Shown here one piece after another: positions 57,722-64,000 of a stretch of 64,000 nt of DNA. Under the pieces are notes generated by a model. The model was not told the origin of the DNA. It did no database searches and saw only the letters and a program-made list of their open reading frames with translations. Source of the stretch: a virus; the IMG/VR virus record IMGVR_UViG_3300023174_000087, positions 51,202 through 115,201 of that record. One strand, given 5' to 3'. How positions within the stretch are numbered: position 1 is the first letter of the stretch; every line of letters begins with the position of its first letter. Position numbers and translations under genes: made by a program.

Positions 57722-58015
57722 TTACTCAAAATCCCAATAAGCCTTACCAAACTCATCATAGTCGTCCCAACCTGCACCATCTAGGTCATCTATCATTCCT
57801 TTAATATCAAGTTCGTAGTATGTGCCCCACCATGTATAAGGTTTATTAAGATACTTCCAGCATTTTGCGTGGTACTTAAACTTAAAGCCTAAATTATTAT
57901 CTTCATCCAGATTAATAGCCTTAACTAAATGATTCCCAGCGTATTCACCAAGAAAATTTCCTATCCATCGTAATGGAATAATGTTGGTTTTTTCAATCTT
58001 TATTATATTATTCAT
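57722..58015 (-). CDS. Hypothetical protein
   Basis: PLRWIGN..KPYTWWGTYY. Confidence 0.55.
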   Translation of the reverse strand: MNNIIKIEKTNIIPLRWIGNFLGEYAGNHLVKAINLDEDNNLGFKFKYHAKCWKYLNKPYTWWGTYYELDIKGMIDDLDGAGWDDYDEFGKAYWDFE

Positions 58016-59015
58016 TGTTTTGTTTTGATAGATTATAAAAAAAATCTGCCATATGCTCGTGAAAATGAATTCCTGGATGAGCACGACCAGTTACCATTTT
58101 TTTGCTGTCTACTATTGAGTAATCAGATCCAACAGTCCAGCAAATATTATCTTTAAAATCAGAGTTGTGATCTGATTTACAAGAATCTGATATAAAAGTG
58201 TTTATTTGAGTTTTTGTTTTAGGTGGAAAAAATGGTGTATAGTTTTTTAATTTAAAGTCTTTAAGTTTGACTAAGTTTTCCATAACCAAAGCACTTGCTA
58301 AGTCCCATGTTGTCCAGTTTAAATTTATATTATTTGATAAACAAAATGATTCTAAAACATAAATTGCGTTTACAGAGTTTAAAATTAATTGATGTGGAGA
58401 AACTGAGTCTTCTATATATTTTTGGTCTTCAATTTCCATAAAAATAGAATCGCTATCTAAAACGCTAACTTTTGGATTAGAAAAAGTATATGATAAATTA
58501 TTTAGTTTTTCTGCCCATTTATTTCCTTTTGTTTTATAAAATTCTTTATCTGCCACAACCATTTTTCTAAAAAAATCTGGGAATAAACAAAAAATTTCTT
58601 TTGGCATTTTATTATTTAGGCAGTATTGAATAATGTTAGCAGACATACTTTCTACAGAAGCACCAGGACTTCCTAAATTCATAATATTTTTATTGATTTT
58701 ATTACTTAGAAGACTCCCCCATCTGCCTGATTCTGGTACACCTATACCAAAAGTTATAGAGCAACCAGATACAATTATTTCAGAATCTTTGTAAGCCTTT
58801 CCACGAAAACCAAATTCATTAATATTGTATGTATTAATTTCATCAATTGTTCCAATATAGGGATCTTTTTCATTCCATTTGGAGTCAATAGCATTTTGTG
58901 CAAATGGCTGATAATATCCTAAGTTGTCTGTGTTTGTAAACATTTTTTTTAAATATAAAGTATTTGATTCATTTTCTTTATAAAAATTTAAAATATTTCT
59001 TGTAAGGGTTGTCAT
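58008..59015 (-). CDS. SGNH/GDSL-like hydrolase or acyltransferase
   Basis: INEFGFRG; GCSITFGIG; NLGSPGAS; HPGIHFH. Confidence 0.65.
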   Translation of the reverse strand: MTTLTRNILNFYKENESNTLYLKKMFTNTDNLGYYQPFAQNAIDSKWNEKDPYIGTIDEINTYNINEFGFRGKAYKDSEIIVSGCSITFGIGVPESGRWGSLLSNKINKNIMNLGSPGASVESMSANIIQYCLNNKMPKEIFCLFPDFFRKMVVADKEFYKTKGNKWAEKLNNLSYTFSNPKVSVLDSDSIFMEIEDQKYIEDSVSPHQLILNSVNAIYVLESFCLSNNINLNWTTWDLASALVMENLVKLKDFKLKNYTPFFPPKTKTQINTFISDSCKSDHNSDFKDNICWTVGSDYSIVDSKKMVTGRAHPGIHFHEHMADFFYNLSKQNNE

Positions 59016-59021
59016 AATTAA

Positions 59022-59573
59022 TTATAGCGCAATCTTTTTTTCTAAAACTTTATTGTAATAGAAATTACATAAACCAAGATCAAAACCATCTAAAAGATTT
59101 GCACTATAAGATGGCAAAACTTTGCTTGATGGAAGATATTCTTTTTCATACCAATAGTTACCTCTATCAAAAAACTTATAATCTTCTTCATTTATTTCTA
59201 GCAGGCTTATAATTTTTTTAGCAATAGAATCAGGATATGTTACAAGATCATTAAAATCTATAACATAGTCTGCATACTGATACAAAAAATTATTGAAAAG
59301 TATATATTCTGAAATGGCTTCCCTAGTCCTAGTCTTTTGAGCAGACTCAGGTGGAATATATTTTCTTAATTCGCTTGCTCTATACGATACAAGAGTGTCT
59401 ATTGGATTTCTAACTATTGTGATTATTTTTCTTTTTTTTTGATTGTTTTCATCAAAAAGTTCAGATACAAAGTGAGATTTTTCAATATGAATTCCTATCT
59501 TTTTATAAATGATTTCGTCAAAATAATGAGAACCACTTCTAGGAAATGTCAAAAGGTAGGGCAAATTTTTCAT
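59022..59573 (-). CDS. Sulfotransferase-like protein
   Basis: TFPRSGSHY; IVRNPIDTLVS; IDFNDL. Confidence 0.7.
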   Translation of the reverse strand: MKNLPYLLTFPRSGSHYFDEIIYKKIGIHIEKSHFVSELFDENNQKKRKIITIVRNPIDTLVSYRASELRKYIPPESAQKTRTREAISEYILFNNFLYQYADYVIDFNDLVTYPDSIAKKIISLLEINEEDYKFFDRGNYWYEKEYLPSSKVLPSYSANLLDGFDLGLCNFYYNKVLEKKIAL

Positions 59574-59710
59574 GATACTAAACTCATAGATAAGTGAAAA
59601 AAGCATACATCAGCAACAATATATTTCCCACAATTTACTACAATATCAAAATGAGTTGCGTCATTTTTACAAAAGAAACATTTACTTTTTTCCATATAAC
59701 AATTATATCA

Positions 59711-60262
59711 TTAAATAAAATCAAACCAGACAGGCATTATGTACCTTGATCCATTTGCGGGAGCAATATCATAAATATAATGAACATTTCCAGGAAACAT
59801 AACTAGATCACCAGTTTTGGGCTTAAATGATACTCCTTGATTGATAAAGGATAGGTCTCCGCCATCATAATTATCGTTTAAGTAAACCCATCCAGCCATG
59901 TGATTTGAGTCTTTATGACCTAAATCATCTATTGATATTGTTCTGCTATTTACATGTTGCCATTGAGCAAAGCGAGAATGCCTTGGTTTTAGGCTAACAC
60001 TATATTCTTTTTCTACAATAGAGTGAATTGTTGGAATATAGGTCTCTGCACGATGAAGTGAGTCGTAATATAACAAAGACAATATTGGATTATTAAAAGA
60101 GTCGGACTGCAATAACCTATTATTACTTGTTTCTGTTTTTTTGATTAATCCAATAATTTTGTCACACTCATACATACTTAAGTGATTGCTTATAACCTTG
60201 ATGTTATTGGGATTGCTGCCAATATTGTTAAAATTTTCTTTAGTTAATTCTGATATCTCCAT
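59711..60262 (-). CDS. P4H-like 2OG oxygenase with degenerate Fe ligands
   Basis: YLNDNYDGGDL, FPGN, GSRY present; HxD replaced by SID and distal His by Tyr. Confidence 0.7.
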   Translation of the reverse strand: MEISELTKENFNNIGSNPNNIKVISNHLSMYECDKIIGLIKKTETSNNRLLQSDSFNNPILSLLYYDSLHRAETYIPTIHSIVEKEYSVSLKPRHSRFAQWQHVNSRTISIDDLGHKDSNHMAGWVYLNDNYDGGDLSFINQGVSFKPKTGDLVMFPGNVHYIYDIAPANGSRYIMPVWFDFI

Positions 60263-60263
60263 A

Positions 60264-61115
60264 TTAATTAAACTCCCTTACTAGTTTTAATAACTGACTA
60301 ATATCTTCTTGATCTGTGTGAATCATAAAATCATATATGTTAAGTTGTCTTGACATGTGCTTTATTTGATCTATGACTTGTTGCTTTGTTCCTTTTACAT
60401 GATGGTGTTGTTTTCTTGGAGCAGCATTTTTATCATACCTAACATTTTGTTCATCTTCGGGACTATTAATAATAAGTGGATCAATGATCATGATTGGTTT
60501 AACACGACTTAGATCAATTTTTTTAAACTGTTCCCTAAACACTAAATTATCATCTACATATATATATTCACAATGCTTATTTGCTATACCAATTGTTGTA
60601 TCTGAAGAACCAACAACTGCCATATGAGTTTTGTATTGATGAGTTTTCATTAAATTTATAAAATTGTCCATCCAAACTGCAGATATTGCTACTCTTTTTT
60701 CTAAAGTATCAATCAAACTTGAATCATGCATGTAGTGATCTAAGACTAATTTTTCAGAAGGACCATTTCCTTCGTCCCCCCATCTTCCAGCAACAAGGTT
60801 CACGCCAATTCTTCCAGGTGCAAATCGATTTAAGGTATCAACAATTTTAGCAGCATAATCTGGACTTGTTCCGTATGATGGTAAAGCAATAGTCATTATT
60901 AATTGATTTGTTTCTTCTAATGCTTCTTTTATAACTAAAGAAAAATCAATGCCACCTGGACCATATGGAAGCAAAACAGATTTTACATTTGCACCGTCTA
61001 ACTCTTTTGCCATAGCCATAATCCCATTGAGATCTAGGTGTTCAGTGCTATCATTTATTTGCCAGTGCCTTCTCCACATCCAGTGAAAAGTTATAGGCTT
61101 ATTAGTGTTTTCCAT
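60264..61115 (-). CDS. LLM-class (luciferase-like) flavin monooxygenase
   Basis: PDYAAKIVDTLNRFAPGRIGVNLVAG; VGSS; GTKQQVIDQI. Confidence 0.7.
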   Translation of the reverse strand: MENTNKPITFHWMWRRHWQINDSTEHLDLNGIMAMAKELDGANVKSVLLPYGPGGIDFSLVIKEALEETNQLIMTIALPSYGTSPDYAAKIVDTLNRFAPGRIGVNLVAGRWGDEGNGPSEKLVLDHYMHDSSLIDTLEKRVAISAVWMDNFINLMKTHQYKTHMAVVGSSDTTIGIANKHCEYIYVDDNLVFREQFKKIDLSRVKPIMIIDPLIINSPEDEQNVRYDKNAAPRKQHHHVKGTKQQVIDQIKHMSRQLNIYDFMIHTDQEDISQLLKLVREFN

Positions 61116-61374
61116 TATTAACTGCTCTTCCTTTAGTTTTAAACCATGAACCTATTTTAGACTTAGATACTTTTTCACGCAAAATTTCTCCAAATGTTTC
61201 ATGAGATATATCTGATCCAAGATACTCTTGACCTGTTTCAAGGTCAATTAGTTTCCATTTGGCTGGTGCTTTTGTGTGTAAAATTAAATCAATTGGGGAA
61301 TCATAATCATTTACTTCAGATCCATCTAAAAGTTTTCTTTTCTTTTGGTTTTTCCCTGAAGCATTGTTTGTCAT
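61102..61374 (-). CDS. Hypothetical protein
   Basis: HTKAPAKWKLIDLETGQEYLG. Confidence 0.6.
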   Translation of the reverse strand: MTNNASGKNQKKRKLLDGSEVNDYDSPIDLILHTKAPAKWKLIDLETGQEYLGSDISHETFGEILREKVSKSKIGSWFKTKGRAVNNGKH

Positions 61375-61388
61375 TATTCAATTATACA

Positions 61389-62036
61389 CTATACTATTGA
61401 AAACCATAAAGCAACGGTATACCTGGTTCCAGATAAAACTTCTTTTACTTCATGCGGATAGTTGAGGCTTCCTGGAAAAATTAACAAAGAACCCACTTCG
61501 GGTTTAATGCATAAGTCATGTGTTGGAAAATTGATTTCTCCCCCCTCATAATCATCATTAAGATATATTAAAACTGCAATATTGTTGTGTGGCACATATC
61601 CAAGGTCATCGGCATGCAGGGTAAGGTATGATCCTTTATCCCATCTAACAATACTTATTCCTCTTTCTTCCACAGCCTTAATATTTTCAATTTCATATGC
61701 TTTAATAACTTCTTTTTTTACTTTATCTATAGTTTTAAAAATATCTTTCATATAATAACGATTTAGTGAAACCAGCGCTTCGCCTTTGTCATCTTTTTGA
61801 GCAACAAAGGTTGAAAATTTAGCATTAGGTATGCCACTCATTAAAAGTTGAATTTCTCTTTTATTTAAAAAATTATTAATTATTTTTATATTATTTTTAG
61901 AATCACCAATTTTACTATAAAAGTTAGAGTATGCCTGATCTCTTTCAATATTTTCAGGGTTTAATCCAATAATTTGACCATTTACCCAATAGGTGTCTTT
62001 ACGGGCACCAGTAAAATTATCACTACCATCCATCAT
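61389..62036 (-). CDS. P4H-like 2OG-Fe(II) oxygenase
   Basis: LHADD; IYLNDDYEGGEI; HEVKEVLSGTRY; leaderless TGcTATAAT. Confidence 0.87.
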   Translation of the reverse strand: MMDGSDNFTGARKDTYWVNGQIIGLNPENIERDQAYSNFYSKIGDSKNNIKIINNFLNKREIQLLMSGIPNAKFSTFVAQKDDKGEALVSLNRYYMKDIFKTIDKVKKEVIKAYEIENIKAVEERGISIVRWDKGSYLTLHADDLGYVPHNNIAVLIYLNDDYEGGEINFPTHDLCIKPEVGSLLIFPGSLNYPHEVKEVLSGTRYTVALWFSIV

Positions 62037-62043
62037 ATAATGA

Positions 62044-62661
62044 TTATAGCATATCTGGTATTGTAAACCAAACTGAAAGAGTATATCTTGTGCCAGATAC
62101 AACCTCTTTTACTTCATGCGGGTAATGCATATTGCCAGGGAAAATTATAAGATCACCCCTTTTTGGTTTAATATTTAAATTATGAGTTGGAAAACTTAAG
62201 TGTCCTCCTTCATAATCATCATTTAAATAAACAAGCGCTGGAATATGATTTTCTGTTAAATATCCAAGATCATCAACATGTAAAGACAACTTAGTTCCAG
62301 CATCCCATCTTGCTATATTAAGGCTAGTATACTTTGGCTTTATATTTTGATAATTGTATGATTTTTTAATTTCATCTAATATTTTTTTAAATATATTGTA
62401 TTTATCTATAATTCCTTCGTAGTTGTGTATCCACGATGTAGGATTACCTTCATTGTCTTTTTGAGAAACAAAACTTACCATTCTTTTTTCATCTACATGG
62501 CTCATCAAATAATCAATTTCTTTATCTGAAAGAAAGTTTGATACAACTACTATATTTTCTTTAGAGTTTCCAATTTTTTCAAAAAACTCAATATAAGATG
62601 GTGCTCTTTTAATCTCATTTGGGTGATGACCTACGGACTGATTATTAACTATGTATGGCAT
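62044..62661 (-). CDS. P4H-like 2OG-Fe(II) oxygenase
   Basis: LHVDD; VYLNDDYEGG; HEVKEVVSGTRY. Confidence 0.87.
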   Translation of the reverse strand: MPYIVNNQSVGHHPNEIKRAPSYIEFFEKIGNSKENIVVVSNFLSDKEIDYLMSHVDEKRMVSFVSQKDNEGNPTSWIHNYEGIIDKYNIFKKILDEIKKSYNYQNIKPKYTSLNIARWDAGTKLSLHVDDLGYLTENHIPALVYLNDDYEGGHLSFPTHNLNIKPKRGDLIIFPGNMHYPHEVKEVVSGTRYTLSVWFTIPDML

Positions 62662-62702
62662 ATAATTATTATACACCATAGGAAATAAAGTATAATAGAA
62701 TC

Positions 62703-63020
62703 ATGAATGAAGCCATACTTTACATACTTTATAGCCCAATACACAATGCAGTAAAGATAGGCATATCAGATATATCTGGGCAAAGATTTGCAAAACACAG
62801 AACTAAAGGTTGGTTGCTTGTATCTTATTGGCATTTTTTTCAAGGGGAAAAAGCAAGATCTGTAGAATCTAAAATACTAAAAACACTAAGAGACAAACAC
62901 GGACACTTTTTAAATAAAGAACAAATGCCACAAGGAGGTTATACTGAAACCTTTGATGCATCTAAGATAACTCGTAAAGGTTTAATTCGTATGGTCAACA
63001 AGGCTATAAAGGAGTCTTAA
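62703..63020 (+). CDS. GIY-YIG-like (T5orf172-type) protein
   Basis: LYIL..AVKIGIS..RF..H..E..GGYTETF. Confidence 0.65.
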   Translation: MNEAILYILYSPIHNAVKIGISDISGQRFAKHRTKGWLLVSYWHFFQGEKARSVESKILKTLRDKHGHFLNKEQMPQGGYTETFDASKITRKGLIRMVNKAIKES

Positions 63021-63113
63021 TGCCCTGGCATTTTGGACATTGCTTAGTAGGGTTTGCTGTTTCATAGGATACCTCAAAGGTTCCTCCACAATCAAAGCAT
63101 AGGACTATAGGCA

Positions 63114-63302
63114 TTACTTACAGTTCAAACAATAAAATGGATTTCTTAAGTTGCTTATATGAGTATATATGATTTGAGAACAGTTTGAACATTTAGCATG
63201 TGCCATATCAGGATCTGAAGTAGGAATTGAGATTTTAAAGTTTTTTGTATAATATGCCTTTGTAGCATACCAAGTAATCAATATCAAAGTTAATGTTATC
63301 AT
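63114..63302 (-). CDS. Small TM plus Zn-finger protein
   Basis: N-terminal TM; CSNC..CLNC. Confidence 0.5.
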   Translation of the reverse strand: MITLTLILITWYATKAYYTKNFKISIPTSDPDMAHAKCSNCSQIIYTHISNLRNPFYCLNCK

Positions 63303-63370
63303 TATACTATTGTATCAGAGCCATTACTCAAAGTCAACCTAAGAGTCAAACATTTTGCTATAATAGTAGT

Positions 63371-63649
63371 ATGATAATTCCAGAGTACACACCAGAAATA
63401 TTGGCTGCAAACGAACTATACAAAAATGCAATTACAAACGACGAAAAATTTGCTGCTAGACAAGCATTAAAGTTAGCATATCTTGGAACAAATCCACAAT
63501 ATAATGCAGAACAACTTGCTGCTAACGAACTTCGCAAAAATGCAATTACAAGAGAAGAAAAAGATATTGCAACAAAAGCATTAAAGTTGGCATTTTTAGG
63601 TTTAAGGCCAGGAATTGCAGCATTTACTGATGGCGAAGAAATAATTTAA
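63371..63649 (+). CDS. Helical protein with two 38-aa tandem repeats
   Basis: LAANELYKNAIT..EK..A..ALKLAYLG / LAANELRKNAIT..EK..A..ALKLAFLG; leaderless TATAAT. Confidence 0.6.
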   Translation: MIIPEYTPEILAANELYKNAITNDEKFAARQALKLAYLGTNPQYNAEQLAANELRKNAITREEKDIATKALKLAFLGLRPGIAAFTDGEEII

Positions 63650-64000
63650 TTATAATATTCTTTAAGTTTCGCCGCAAAATAGAAGTAATAAACCTTTCCA
63701 TGCCCTACACGGGCACTATCGGTGATCTGCCTTCATATGCCTGTATAGGCTATCGTGGGCAAAACCTACTCTAAAGTCCCATTCTTTCTTACAGACAGGA
63801 CAGATAATAGTTCTAGCCATTTGAATCCTCCACCTTATCTTTAGGCACCCATACTTTCTTTCCATCTTTCCATACAGGCCAATAGCCAAGGCTACGCCAG
63901 TCCATACTCATAACTTTAGGATCTTTTGGCATTTACGCACCAAATCTTTCCATCACTCATGGTCTGGTGTGCTTCCCAGAACCACTCTGATTCTTTAGAT

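Noticed and set aside
22707-62661. 2OG oxygenases as TET/JBP DNA-hypermodification enzymes
   Set aside because: The motifs (YLNDDYxGGE, HxV..GxRY, AspH-like) fit P4H/AspH-type families, and no DNA cytosine methyltransferase partner is seen in the window
62703-63020. GIY-YIG-like gene as an active mobile homing element
   Set aside because: It is short and free-standing, with no DNA-binding extension or intron context, so mobility cannot be supported
1-64000. Stop-codon reassignment
   Set aside because: TAA, TAG and TGA all end well-formed genes, coding density is high under the standard code, and there is no suppressor tRNA
1-64000. Prophage or bacterial chromosome origin (because of dnaE, recA, dps, cysC, trxA)
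   Set aside because: These genes are interleaved with tail, terminase and lysin genes in phage-style compact organisation; no integrase, att site or host housekeeping operon is seen

Overview
This window is a 64-kb segment of a large, AT-rich (roughly one-third GC by eye) tailed dsDNA phage. WhiB, DnaE/RecA/DnaB, a CHAP lysin and widespread leaderless -10 promoters suggest an actinobacterial host, possibly freshwater (inference). Core modules: tape-measure C-terminus and tail genes (1-11.9 kb); replication/recombination (DnaB, primase, SSB, DnaE, RecA, resolvases, Cas4-like nuclease; 12-25 kb); terminase (27-29.4 kb); exported proteins, holin-like and lysis genes; stress genes (thioredoxin, WhiB, Hsp20, Dps); and seven tRNAs. 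Interleaved through this backbone is a large set of tailoring enzymes: about 13 2OG-Fe(II) oxygenases, two GT60/Gnt1-like glycosyltransferases, a carbamoyltransferase, an APS-kinase/HxGH-nucleotidyltransferase fusion with four sulfotransferase-like genes, two methyltransferases, an SGNH hydrolase, a flavin halogenase and an LLM monooxygenase. The best candidates for an undescribed system are a phage hydroxyproline-glycosylation/sulfation pathway and a miniature PAPS synthase. Other notable signals: apparent AGCT avoidance extending into tRNA D-stems, a tRNA-Ile(UAU), a promoter-driven pseudoknotted ncRNA candidate, an hsp20 thermometer-like leader, a promoter-in-loop RBS-occluding hairpin and a probable AUU start codon. 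All calls come from manual motif reading; no database search was run.
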